Positions 38,828 to 48,543 of a stretch of DNA of 64,000 nt are shown here, piece after piece. The stretch is from a virus (lineage: Duplodnaviria; Caudoviricetes). Location: positions 32,001 through 96,000 of the IMG/VR virus record IMGVR_UViG_3300014205_000177. One strand, given 5' to 3'. The notes below the pieces were generated by a model. The model saw only the letters and a program-made list of their open reading frames with translations, did not search any database and was not told where the DNA came from. The position numbers and the translations under genes are program-made. The stretch's first letter is position 1. Each line of letters starts with the position of its first letter.

Positions 38828-39315
38828 TTATTAACCTTTCCGCAAGGTTTAAACTCTCCACAAATTCCATTTCTAAATTCACACATTGGACACATTAAAC
38901 ATGCCAACTCTGGGTCAACTTCTGAAATTTTAGACTTTAATTCATCAAAAAACTCACGAGTATAAATCTCGGCTTTAGAACACATTCTTTTATGAGACCA
39001 GTCAATAATATGTTGAGCATTGCACATTATAAAAAAATTACGAGGAGCTAGACGACCATGAACTACAGCAGAACCTATATCAGGTCTACCGCTTTGAACT
39101 AGGAATAATGCTCCATTTTTATCATGAGTTCTCATTTGCATTACTACGCAGTATGGAATATCAGTACAATAGATAGCAAACATTTGGGTTCTGATTGGAG
39201 AATGACCGCTTTTATACCACTTACTCAATGAAGCTTTGGATTTAACTCCGAAAGAATGTTCCATACAACGTTCTAATAATCCTCTGTCTGTTATCTTTTC
39301 TATATTAATTTCCAT
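38812..39315 (-). CDS. short ThyX-like flavin-dependent thymidylate synthase homologue
   Basis: GHSPIR, QMRTH, QSGR, NAQ...KRMCSKA, PMCEFRNGICGEFKPCG; ThyX motif is divergent. Confidence 0.65.
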   Translation of the reverse strand: MEINIEKITDRGLLERCMEHSFGVKSKASLSKWYKSGHSPIRTQMFAIYCTDIPYCVVMQMRTHDKNGALFLVQSGRPDIGSAVVHGRLAPRNFFIMCNAQHIIDWSHKRMCSKAEIYTREFFDELKSKISEVDPELACLMCPMCEFRNGICGEFKPCGKVNKCLNK

Positions 39316-39500
39316 TATTTGTTATCCTTAGTTATTTTTTCATATTCTAATTTATTGATATATACATTTATCCTAGATAAATCCTTTAGGCAAACTCCAC
39401 CAGAGCTGTCTTCTCCAAGGTGTTTGCACATGACACCCTCTAAATGCCCCCATTGTTCTCCTCTTTTAAAACATTTTTCCTTGCATCCACACTTCTTCAT
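39315..39500 (-). CDS. small Cys-rich protein
   Basis: ORF packing. Confidence 0.45.
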   Translation of the reverse strand: MKKCGCKEKCFKRGEQWGHLEGVMCKHLGEDSSGGVCLKDLSRINVYINKLEYEKITKDNK

Positions 39501-39504
39501 TTTA

Positions 39505-41316
39505 TTATCCTTTTAGCTTAAATCCTTCGTTTACATCTTTTATAAAATCATTATAATCTTTTTCTTTTGAGATATCAAAAGCTGGAAACTTATAACCCTC
39601 AAAATTAAGTTTAAATTCTATTCTGTTAGCTATCTCAACTGTCATATCTGCCATTTCTGGAGTTATATAATTCCTAATCATTTGTTCTCTTGTTTTCATA
39701 AATAAACCAGCTGTTTCAAAACCTTCCATTTTACCACCAGTAGCTATTTTTAAAAGAATATTCTGTAACTTATGGTCTCCGTCATTCAAATAATGGCAGT
39801 CATTTGTTACTACACTTTTAACATTATATTTATTAGCTAAAGATATAAATTCAGGAACAATTTTATCATAATCTGGAAAATCAATACACATTACTTCATT
39901 ATAAAACCTGTCTCCAAAATTATCAACAAAAAACTTTATGTTTTCCTCTGCCTTTTTAGGGTCATAGCCTTCTTGGGAAAAATGAAAAGATACTGGACTT
40001 TTATAACATCCAGATAATATTATTAGACCTTCACCATATTTTTGTAAATTTTTTCTATCTGTTCTTGGTTTATAATAAAAACCCTCTCTATTTGCATTAG
40101 TTACAATTTGGCATACGTTTTTCCACCCCGTATCGTTCATTACAAGAATTATTATATGATAATTACTTCTTTGCTCTTTATCTGTAGCATCATCTACATA
40201 ATAAGCTTCTATTCCATGTATTGGCTTAATCCCATTTTTAATACATTCCTTTTGAAACTTATATAAACCAAACATATTGCCATGGTCTGTCAGTGCAAGG
40301 GCTTTAAAACCCATTTCTTTTGCTTTTTTTGCTAATTTATCAACATCAGCTACTCCATCTAACAAACTGTGTGAAGAGTGAACGTGAAGATGAACAAAAC
40401 TATCACTCGGAATAATTATTTTTTCCTCTGTTTTCTTTTCCTGCTTTTTAACCTCAATAACAGCATCTTTCCTAACTTCTTCTTTTTTCGGATATATTTC
40501 TTTAATATTTTTAAGTTTAAAAATAAAACTTCTAGGAAGGTATACATTGGAAGGAACAAATTCTCCACTAAACAAGTTCCCAATTTCCTGAGTAGAATAT
40601 CCAGCAAGTTTACATCCTATTTCACAGACGAGAAATCTATTTTCTGGATGAGAAACAGCATATTTTAAGAAATCTATAATTTCAGACTTGATTTCTTCTA
40701 GGGTTGATGAACGCTCTACAGCCCAATCCTTTTTTGTTACAATAGCATAAGACCTACCCTGTATTCCTCTTGGATTATTCCATTTAGCACCAAAAAACTG
40801 TCTTGCAAATAACGCCGCACCTTTGCCGTGTTTACCGCCAGCATTAGAACCAAAAACAAAAATATCATTATTCTGAGCCAATGAAGCAACTAAAAAATTT
40901 CTAGTTCTATTTTGTATTCCAGGAGAAATACTTTCTCTATTACCTGCAACATTAAGAACTTTTATATTGTTATTAATAAGCCATTCTAAAAACTGATTTT
41001 TTGATTTTACTAGTATATACGGTTTATTATATTTTTCACATACATTAATTGTATATCTAGTTCCAACAGATTTTTCATTAGTTGCAAATATTGCAGTACC
41101 ATCTGATTCTATAACATTTTTTAATGTTCTTTCTTTATAATCACCATCTATCTCTACCAAATTAAATCTATCTCTTAATTCTATACATTGACCATTCTCT
41201 GTTTTAAATTCACTAGGTGCAAAACCACCAACATCTAATCCAAGCAATTCTCCTGCTTCAAGACCTCCTCTGTCACCACCAGATTGACCACCAGAAATAA
41301 TTTTATCAATAATCAT
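39505..41316 (-). CDS. fusion of SLOG (MoCo-carrier-like), Macro-like and DnaE PHP domains
   Basis: IISGGQSGGDRGGL...RTLKNVIESDGT...LNVAGNRES; IFVFGSNAGGKHGKGAA...IGCKLAG; FVHLHVHSSHSLLDG...TDHGN...GIEAY...YYKPR...TNDCHY. Confidence 0.85.
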   Translation of the reverse strand: MIIDKIISGGQSGGDRGGLEAGELLGLDVGGFAPSEFKTENGQCIELRDRFNLVEIDGDYKERTLKNVIESDGTAIFATNEKSVGTRYTINVCEKYNKPYILVKSKNQFLEWLINNNIKVLNVAGNRESISPGIQNRTRNFLVASLAQNNDIFVFGSNAGGKHGKGAALFARQFFGAKWNNPRGIQGRSYAIVTKKDWAVERSSTLEEIKSEIIDFLKYAVSHPENRFLVCEIGCKLAGYSTQEIGNLFSGEFVPSNVYLPRSFIFKLKNIKEIYPKKEEVRKDAVIEVKKQEKKTEEKIIIPSDSFVHLHVHSSHSLLDGVADVDKLAKKAKEMGFKALALTDHGNMFGLYKFQKECIKNGIKPIHGIEAYYVDDATDKEQRSNYHIIILVMNDTGWKNVCQIVTNANREGFYYKPRTDRKNLQKYGEGLIILSGCYKSPVSFHFSQEGYDPKKAEENIKFFVDNFGDRFYNEVMCIDFPDYDKIVPEFISLANKYNVKSVVTNDCHYLNDGDHKLQNILLKIATGGKMEGFETAGLFMKTREQMIRNYITPEMADMTVEIANRIEFKLNFEGYKFPAFDISKEKDYNDFIKDVNEGFKLKG

Positions 41317-41341
41317 TTAATACCCCATTATTATTTATAGT

Positions 41342-41369
41342 AAAATAGCATGTTTTGAACAAAAGTCAA
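41342..41369 (-). promoter_or_regulatory. sigma70-like extended -10 promoter for the polymerase block
   Basis: TTGACT-N13-TGC-TATTTT. Confidence 0.7.
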
Positions 41370-41370
41370 G

Positions 41371-41754
41371 TTAAGAAGAAATATTTTTATAAGAACATAC
41401 ATGACATCTTAGGTTTAAAACTTTTTCTGTTTGTAAATGTAACATAGTATTTTTTACTGCATCTATTAAATTTGCAGAATCAAGACATTTTTTACATTGC
41501 AAAATACTTTCTTTCCTAATTTCTTTTAATTCTGAAATTGGTATTTTAAACATTTCATCTTCTGGAACATAAGATATACCTGAATTTATAGCATTTTTTA
41601 ATAAATTTTCAGCGTTAACTAAATCTTTTTCATAATCTATAAATAATGTTTCTGAACCTTTATTTTTAGAAGTATTAGCAGATAGAAAAAAGCTACTTCT
41701 AAGAGCCAAAAGTTCTTGACTTATTGCATAAAGAACTTCATATTGAGGAGACAT
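41371..41754 (-). CDS. hypothetical protein
   Basis: ORF overlap packing. Confidence 0.5.
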   Translation of the reverse strand: MSPQYEVLYAISQELLALRSSFFLSANTSKNKGSETLFIDYEKDLVNAENLLKNAINSGISYVPEDEMFKIPISELKEIRKESILQCKKCLDSANLIDAVKNTMLHLQTEKVLNLRCHVCSYKNISS

Positions 41755-42316
41755 TTAAAGTATTCCTTTCAAACGGTAAGCGTGTTTCACCTTCAGAAAG
41801 ATTGTATATTTTAAAATCTTTTTCTTCAGAAAGTTTTTTAACCAAGTTTAATTCTCTAATTAACCATTCATCTCCCATTCTTAGTGGGTCTGCTGTACCT
41901 TCCCCATAAAAATGATTAGTATCTTTATTATACATTAAATCACACCCTATAATATAAATGTTAAACATTACACCATGGATATAACATAAATTGATTATAT
42001 GATAAATAGAATTTAATAACATAGTACCTGAACCATCTTCGCATTTATACCAATACGGTTTATTTAAAAAAGAAGTAGTAATTCCTCCCCTAAGACATCT
42101 TAAACTTTGTCTAAAATCATCATGACTTGGAAGAACCTTCCCTGTACAAAAAAAATCGTTAGGAATAAGCCAATAATCTGTTCTTTCTTTAGTTAATGAC
42201 CAAGAATTATTCATTGCACAAACATATATGTTTTTATCAATATTTTTACTATTATTATTCCACCAATCTTTAATGTATGGAGCAGAACCAACTATTAAAA
42301 AATTTTTCATAAACAC
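41738..42316 (-). CDS. sialyltransferase/Maf-like (GT29/DUF115-type) Rossmann protein
   Basis: FLIVGSAP, VCAMNN, SGT, IYIIGCD, HFYG pattern. Confidence 0.55.
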   Translation of the reverse strand: MFMKNFLIVGSAPYIKDWWNNNSKNIDKNIYVCAMNNSWSLTKERTDYWLIPNDFFCTGKVLPSHDDFRQSLRCLRGGITTSFLNKPYWYKCEDGSGTMLLNSIYHIINLCYIHGVMFNIYIIGCDLMYNKDTNHFYGEGTADPLRMGDEWLIRELNLVKKLSEEKDFKIYNLSEGETRLPFERNTLNVSSI

Positions 42317-42331
42317 CCCCTTATAATTATA

Positions 42332-42910
42332 TTAAACTGCTTTAGATTCCATTATCACAGTAAAATGTTCTTCTTTTATTTTTTCCCATGATTTTTGTTC
42401 TTCTTCTTTTGAAAGAAATCTAAAATATTTATCAACTGGAACTAATACAGGACCGGCTCCATAGTCAAGATATGACCTTGAACTAAGATATAGAAATTTA
42501 GTCATTTTAGATAAGCTCTTTAAATATTCTTCTAAAACGTCTACTGGTATATGTTGAAAAACTAATGAAGCAACTACTATATCAAACTTTCTTTGTTTTA
42601 AATCATCCCATTGATTAACAGTAAAAAGTTCTAAATTTTTTGTTTCAGAATATCTTTTATCTTTTTTTAATAATTCTATCATATTGGGAAAATCATAACC
42701 TACTACATTGTTTGCTATATTTGTAAGCGCAAAAGTATTTCTACCCATCCCACAACCAAAATCAAGAACATTTTTATGTTCAACAGTAGAAACTAACTTT
42801 AACATTTCGGTTGAAGCAATTAAATCTTCCCGTGTCTTAGCTACACTAATAATTAAGTGTGGAGCAGTTTCTTCGTTAGCTTTTCCCCAATCGTTTTTAT
42901 AAATTCTCAT
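42332..42910 (-). CDS. class I SAM-dependent methyltransferase
   Basis: VLDFGCGMGR, FDIVVASLVFQH. Confidence 0.88.
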   Translation of the reverse strand: MRIYKNDWGKANEETAPHLIISVAKTREDLIASTEMLKLVSTVEHKNVLDFGCGMGRNTFALTNIANNVVGYDFPNMIELLKKDKRYSETKNLELFTVNQWDDLKQRKFDIVVASLVFQHIPVDVLEEYLKSLSKMTKFLYLSSRSYLDYGAGPVLVPVDKYFRFLSKEEEQKSWEKIKEEHFTVIMESKAV

Positions 42911-43526
42911 TTTTATTTCCTTTTATTGCTACAAAAAATATTGCATTTCCTCTTGAAAACATTACCATTTCAGTATGCGTAAGTTTATATCCTATGCCAT
43001 TAAATAGTTCTTCTAAGTCTTTAACTTCAAACTCCCTATAGTGCCACTTGTCAACATGCTGTGCTGACTTTTCAGGAACAGTGCCAATGATAAGACGAGG
43101 GTTTAATAATTTAATATTCTGCATTACAACTTCAGGATTAGGAAAGTGCTCAAGTATTTCACAGGCAACTACAACAGTTTTAGTATTATATATGTTTGGC
43201 TCAAAGCAGTCTTCTTTTCCTATGTCTACAATAAAAAATCCTATATCTGATACACGATTATCTTGTGCAAACTCTATTGTTTCTATGGAATCATCTATTC
43301 CAACTACAGCACAACCGCAAAGTTCATATAGTAATTCACTTCCAAATCCAGAACCGCATCCAATATCATAAACTCTATCATCTTTATTTATATACTTAGC
43401 CGCCATCCTATAACGTGTAGATGGTAATCCTAAGAATTCATCCTTTTTTATAATTCTTTCACCCGAAGTGAATGACTTACTTCTATTTCTATTTTCTTCG
43501 TTCATTTTCCTCCTAACATATCTCAT
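42897..43526 (-). CDS. class I SAM-dependent methyltransferase
   Basis: RY...VYDIGCGSGFG, GID, EILEH, GTVP, HYREF. Confidence 0.88.
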   Translation of the reverse strand: MRYVRRKMNEENRNRSKSFTSGERIIKKDEFLGLPSTRYRMAAKYINKDDRVYDIGCGSGFGSELLYELCGCAVVGIDDSIETIEFAQDNRVSDIGFFIVDIGKEDCFEPNIYNTKTVVVACEILEHFPNPEVVMQNIKLLNPRLIIGTVPEKSAQHVDKWHYREFEVKDLEELFNGIGYKLTHTEMVMFSRGNAIFFVAIKGNKNENL

Positions 43527-44628
43527 TTATTATTTTTGTCATTTTTTCACATGCTATTTTCCAAGTCCATTTATTAATCATGTCTCTTCTTGCATTAATT
43601 CCTTTCATGTTCTTATCTGACCTATTATTATAAACAAATCTCATAGTTTCAATTAAATGGTCTTTATCTATCTCTGCCCAATTTTGACCAGCATAATGAG
43701 GAAATTTAGCACATTGTTCATCTGAAACTGGAACTATTTTACAATCCACTAAGTACCCATTATCTTTATTTATAAATTCAGTATGTGAACTCCAGTTTGT
43801 TGCTATACATGGTACTCCACACCCCATGCTTTCACTAAAACATAGCCCCCATCCTTCTCCTCTTGTAGGAGAAACATAACAGTCTATACTGTTATAAAAT
43901 CCAGCCATATCATCGGCATTAATCATTTGCGGCATCAACATTATTTCTGAATCTTTATTTCCAACAAAATTACGTATTTCTTTTATTTTTTCTTTAACTG
44001 TTTCTGTAAATTTATTTGAATATTCATAATGAGCATATATTTTTAACAATAAAGAAACATCTTTTCTACCTTTAAAAGCCCTAAGATAACATTCAATTAA
44101 AGCATTTGGATTTTTTCTTGGAGTCCAATCAAAATTAGAACCAAAAACAAATTTATTTGGTATTTTTTTTATTAATGGTTTTTTTTCAGGGCTAAACCTA
44201 TCAGTGTCAACTCCGTGAGGAATTACAAAAATAGGGTTTCTTATTCCTGAATTATAAAACGTATTTTTATTAAATTCACTATATGTAAAAACATAATCCA
44301 TAGCCCTTATTGGCATTACCCATGATTTTGGGATGCCATCTGTTTCAAAAGTTGTCATACAAGAATGGAAGCTCTTACCTTTATTAATTATTTGATAATT
44401 TTCTGGTGTTACATTAAAAATTACAATATCAAAATCTTCACTATCCTTATTCATTAATGGATTCAATTTATTAAAAAATTCTTTACCTAAACCAACAGTA
44501 CCACCCTTATAAAATTTTAAAGATTTTAATTGTAGATTAACACCATTCATATTATATACATAATTTCTTGATGCTTCACCATATCCGCTTGGGTCGTGAA
44601 AAGACCCTACCCATAATACGTTTTTCAT
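43513..44628 (-). CDS. GT-B (GT4-like) glycosyltransferase
   Basis: SGYG, IPHGVD, RKN, EGWGLCFSESMGCGVP. Confidence 0.9.
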   Translation of the reverse strand: MKNVLWVGSFHDPSGYGEASRNYVYNMNGVNLQLKSLKFYKGGTVGLGKEFFNKLNPLMNKDSEDFDIVIFNVTPENYQIINKGKSFHSCMTTFETDGIPKSWVMPIRAMDYVFTYSEFNKNTFYNSGIRNPIFVIPHGVDTDRFSPEKKPLIKKIPNKFVFGSNFDWTPRKNPNALIECYLRAFKGRKDVSLLLKIYAHYEYSNKFTETVKEKIKEIRNFVGNKDSEIMLMPQMINADDMAGFYNSIDCYVSPTRGEGWGLCFSESMGCGVPCIATNWSSHTEFINKDNGYLVDCKIVPVSDEQCAKFPHYAGQNWAEIDKDHLIETMRFVYNNRSDKNMKGINARRDMINKWTWKIACEKMTKIINEIC

Positions 44629-45989
44629 GCTTTCACCAATTCAATCTTTTCTTCATTTTTGTTTTTATTAATCATACGAGATATTAAAACATCCCACTGT
44701 GGGATAATTTTATCCCAAGAATATTTTTCTATTTGCATTCTACCGGCAATACTTAACATTTTTCTTGCTTTATCACCTGTTATTTCTGGCTTTTTAGATT
44801 CTGGATAAGCTTGTTTTAAATAACTACCCCATTTTTCATAAAATACACTATTATCATTATAATATAATTTATCTAATCTCATAGCATAATCATAAACATC
44901 AACAATGGCTCTTTCTATATTAGAATTTGTTTCTGTAAAATAATCTGAAACACTAATTAATTCTGAACATGGAGCACAAAAGTCAATATGACCTGAATAA
45001 TTAGTGACAACGGTAGGAGTTCCACAAGCCATAGCTTCTGCAATAGGGAGACCAAATCCTTCTCCAGTTGTTGGGAGTGTAAATATATCGAACAGGTTAT
45101 AGAGTTCGCACAATGTTTCTGAAGTTACACCTGCACCTACGTTCATTTTTGGTGGAATTATTACATTACCGAATAACTTGTAAGTATTTATTAGTTCTGG
45201 TATATTCCAACCAAAGTCTTCTCCTCCAGGAGTATGAAGGTAAAGGCGAGCTTCTTTTTTACCATCACGAACTTCAATTTTTTCGCTACCACAAAATTCA
45301 CATTTTTTTTCAGAAAATGACATTTCTCCACATTCACAACAAATACAATAAGGTCTACAAAACAAAGAAAAAGCTTGCATTAATTTAGGGATATTTTTTC
45401 TTGGTTGATTTCTACATACAGTCCCGATTACAAACAAATCTTTAGACTTGTATTTTATACGTAGTGATTCTTTATTACAAATAGGTTTAAATATATCTAT
45501 ATCAACACCATGTGGTATTGCAACTATTTTATTAAGATTTATCCCTAATTTTATAATTTCATTAAACCCAAAATTACCATATGCAACAACCATATCAATG
45601 TTTTCAAGTAAATTTTTCCATCTTATTGAAAATGGAACACCATCAACAGGGACATACGATATTAATTTATAACTATTTCTATAAGGGCTCTTTATCATTG
45701 ACTCTATCATCCATATATCTCCAACTGTCAATACTATTTCTGGCTTATAAACAGATACAACTTCATTAAACGTTATACCAGAATACATATCATCTTTAGT
45801 TGCTTTTGTAGATATAATTTCATAAGGAACCATTTCTTGGTTTTTTTGTCCATGCCAATTAAACCACCCTATTGTCTTTATTTCATACTTTTCCATATTA
45901 AAAAGACCAATAGCCATTTCTTTAACAACTCTTCCGAATCCTGTATGAATCAAACTTGAATCACCTACAATTAATATTTTTGGTTTCAT
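44625..45989 (-). CDS. GT-B (GT4-like) glycosyltransferase with inserted Zn ribbon
   Basis: TGFG, IPHGVD, RNQPRKN, CCECG...CEFCGS insert, EGFGLPIAEAMACG. Confidence 0.9.
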   Translation of the reverse strand: MKPKILIVGDSSLIHTGFGRVVKEMAIGLFNMEKYEIKTIGWFNWHGQKNQEMVPYEIISTKATKDDMYSGITFNEVVSVYKPEIVLTVGDIWMIESMIKSPYRNSYKLISYVPVDGVPFSIRWKNLLENIDMVVAYGNFGFNEIIKLGINLNKIVAIPHGVDIDIFKPICNKESLRIKYKSKDLFVIGTVCRNQPRKNIPKLMQAFSLFCRPYCICCECGEMSFSEKKCEFCGSEKIEVRDGKKEARLYLHTPGGEDFGWNIPELINTYKLFGNVIIPPKMNVGAGVTSETLCELYNLFDIFTLPTTGEGFGLPIAEAMACGTPTVVTNYSGHIDFCAPCSELISVSDYFTETNSNIERAIVDVYDYAMRLDKLYYNDNSVFYEKWGSYLKQAYPESKKPEITGDKARKMLSIAGRMQIEKYSWDKIIPQWDVLISRMINKNKNEEKIELVKA

Positions 45990-47152
45990 TATTTCCCCTT
46001 TTTTATTATTGGATATGGATTACCATCTTCCTCTATGGTTATTTCTTCAAAGTCTTTCATTGCAACTTTATTTTTAGATATTATTTTTTCAATATCTCCA
46101 ACTCTTATCATTGACAAGGCTTCTTCAATAAGATTGTGTTTTAAGATAAGTTCTTTACCTGCATTTTTAGAGATAAGCCTAGTATTTTTTCTTGATGTTA
46201 ATTTTGCCACTTTACCATCTTCTGTTTTAATTTCTCTATCGCTATGACTATTAATCAAATCAACTACCCATGAACTTAAATTTTTCTTTTCTTTATCAAT
46301 ACATGTTGCTATAGTAGACATAGAATCATAAATTCTTATTATTTCAGATGGAGATAAATCTTTTACCTCGTCAATTGTTTTCACCTTTGTATTAATTACT
46401 CCAACAGCAGAACCAATCATGGCTACAATAGTTATAAAATTAGCATATTCATAACATGTAGAACGGCACTCACAATTCCAACAAAATGAATTTAATACTG
46501 GTTTTGGATTATTATTTTTTAATATCGAATGAAATAAATGGTCAAAATATTCTAAATACTCAGGGATATCAGCCCTATAAACATATATATTTTTTTGCCT
46601 ATTTAAACGTAAATATTTATAATTAAATATCACCGTATCAAAATTATCATACTTTGGGTTAGTAAAAAAATATGCTGAATATAACTTTGTTTGATGGGAG
46701 TTTTCAAGTTCTTCTGAAGTGGGCATAAAAGCACCTGTTTTATAATCTACTATTCTTAAAGTATGATTATCTATAAAATCTACTCTATCAATGAACCCCC
46801 TTGCTGAAGCTCCTGATTCAAGATATAATTTAAACCCTATTTCTGTCCCTATAACATCTAAAGAATCTCTAGGTTCTAGAGAAACTTGATTAAAAAACAT
46901 TTCTTTAGCATCTTTAAAATATTGTTGGTTAGCACATTCGTTTTCTTTAGAAGCCTTTAAAAAACACTCTTCTGGTGTTTCTTTATTACCAACCTTATAA
47001 TATAACTCTAATGAATTATGTGTTAATAATCCAGAATCTATTTGAGGGGTTGAACCACCTCTATCTGAACTCAATTCATATCTATTATAATATCTATAAG
47101 AACATTGTTCATACAAAGTTCCACCTGAAGCACTTAAAAATTCACATTTCAT
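45989..47152 (-). CDS. PD-(D/E)XK exonuclease, Cas4/RecB-like with probable Fe-S cluster
   Basis: N-terminal Cys, GFIDRVD, IVDYKTG, QTKLY, CWNCECRSTC. Confidence 0.85.
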   Translation of the reverse strand: MKCEFLSASGGTLYEQCSYRYYNRYELSSDRGGSTPQIDSGLLTHNSLELYYKVGNKETPEECFLKASKENECANQQYFKDAKEMFFNQVSLEPRDSLDVIGTEIGFKLYLESGASARGFIDRVDFIDNHTLRIVDYKTGAFMPTSEELENSHQTKLYSAYFFTNPKYDNFDTVIFNYKYLRLNRQKNIYVYRADIPEYLEYFDHLFHSILKNNNPKPVLNSFCWNCECRSTCYEYANFITIVAMIGSAVGVINTKVKTIDEVKDLSPSEIIRIYDSMSTIATCIDKEKKNLSSWVVDLINSHSDREIKTEDGKVAKLTSRKNTRLISKNAGKELILKHNLIEEALSMIRVGDIEKIISKNKVAMKDFEEITIEEDGNPYPIIKKGK

Positions 47153-47805
47153 TACATTCTCCTTAATCCACTAATAGTTATATTAATTAATTCAAAAAGT
47201 AATTTATTATCAATTTTTTTTATATTAGTTTTTGTTATTTTGTTTTTTTTGCGTAATTTAGGTGAAATAAGAGAATATTTTTGATTTTCATTTAAAGAAG
47301 ATATATCAACTCCCATTATTGATTTAATAGATTTAGCCAACATATAAGAGTCTGCTATATTATCATCAATAAATCTTTTTCCTGTTAATTCCTGAACCTT
47401 TAGTAAATAACTAGTATCTTTTTTTACAGAACCATCTCCAAAAATCATTAATTTCCATGTTGACGGAGGTATTATATACATATATATGTTTCTATCAGAC
47501 CATATACTATTTTTATTACAATAAAACAACATGTCTATTACACCTCCCAATTCACCCAATTCAAATATAGAATTTGTATCTAAAAGACTACCATAGGAAT
47601 AACCTTCTCTTACAACTATAATCTCTTCCCCTTGAGACGTATGTTCTTCAACCACATTAGCAAGAAATTTACATATATAATCGAGTCTTTCTATTCCTCT
47701 AAGCTCTGCGGTTTTGATTACGTTAGAATAGAAAATCTCTTCTTCTTTCAAAACAGAAACTCCTGTGCTAGTAAGAGATTGGTCAATTCCTATGATAGTT
47801 TCCAT
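47152..47805 (-). CDS. RuvC-like Holliday junction resolvase
   Basis: IIGIDQSLTSTG, REGYS, LGELGG, PSTWK, DDNIADS. Confidence 0.82.
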   Translation of the reverse strand: METIIGIDQSLTSTGVSVLKEEEIFYSNVIKTAELRGIERLDYICKFLANVVEEHTSQGEEIIVVREGYSYGSLLDTNSIFELGELGGVIDMLFYCNKNSIWSDRNIYMYIIPPSTWKLMIFGDGSVKKDTSYLLKVQELTGKRFIDDNIADSYMLAKSIKSIMGVDISSLNENQKYSLISPKLRKKNKITKTNIKKIDNKLLFELINITISGLRRM

Positions 47806-47843
47806 ATTATACTCCTTTTATATTGTTTTAAAACAACTCTTCC

Positions 47844-48506
47844 TTAAAAAGGAATATCATCACCGAATTCTTCTTCAGCATTAAAATCTCTATTATCAAT
47901 TTCACCTTTAGTCATTCTTGTATCTTGACGAGGACCTCTTTCGTAATCTACACTGGGGATTTGTTGTTCTCTTGAATCATTTCTGCTTTGATATTGTCTG
48001 TTTTGATAACCAGGTCTACGTCCAGAATCATCTCTTACAGTTTCAGTTCTTTGTCTTTCAATAGGTATATCTCCATTTCTTTCATTAAAATTTCCTCTAT
48101 CATCTCTACGCTTATTATCACTTCCTCCTCCAGATTGACGTGCATTTTCAATAGAAGTTGCTACTAACTCTACTTCACTGAATCCTGTTTTTTCGTTTCT
48201 TCTTGTTACAAGATAACCTTTAATTTTAACCAACATATGAGCTCTCATAAAATCAGCAGTTGAATCAGCCAATTCATTCCACCCACTTACTCTGAAAAAC
48301 GTAGCATTTTCTCCGTTTTTTACTAATACTGAGAATGTTATCTTTCTATTCCCAGTGTTAAATTCTTTGTATTCAAAACCTTCATTGTTATTTTTGTTTT
48401 TAGTTACAACACCTTGAATCCAAAAACGATTTATAAAATCATTTTTACCGTTTTGCTCACTTCCATTACCTCTTTGCTCTTGTTGAGTTCTTTGTTCTCT
48501 TTGCAT
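47844..48506 (-). CDS. ssb: single-stranded DNA-binding protein
   Basis: OB fold (FFRVSGWNELA, VKIKGYL), disordered linker, DDIPF acidic tip. Confidence 0.88.
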   Translation of the reverse strand: MQREQRTQQEQRGNGSEQNGKNDFINRFWIQGVVTKNKNNNEGFEYKEFNTGNRKITFSVLVKNGENATFFRVSGWNELADSTADFMRAHMLVKIKGYLVTRRNEKTGFSEVELVATSIENARQSGGGSDNKRRDDRGNFNERNGDIPIERQRTETVRDDSGRRPGYQNRQYQSRNDSREQQIPSVDYERGPRQDTRMTKGEIDNRDFNAEEEFGDDIPF

Positions 48507-48543
48507 TTTTAGTCTCCGTTGTTATTATTTTATTAACTTCTAT

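Noticed and set aside
35850-39560. Split intein joining the two DnaE halves
   Set aside because: No Cys/Ser-initiated block A at the PHP end and no HN|C/S/T at the start of the catalytic half; the only intein here is the cis intein in the helicase
45989-47152. CRISPR-Cas system implied by the Cas4-like gene
   Set aside because: No cas1, cas2, effector genes or array; solo Cas4/RecB-like nucleases are common in phage replication modules
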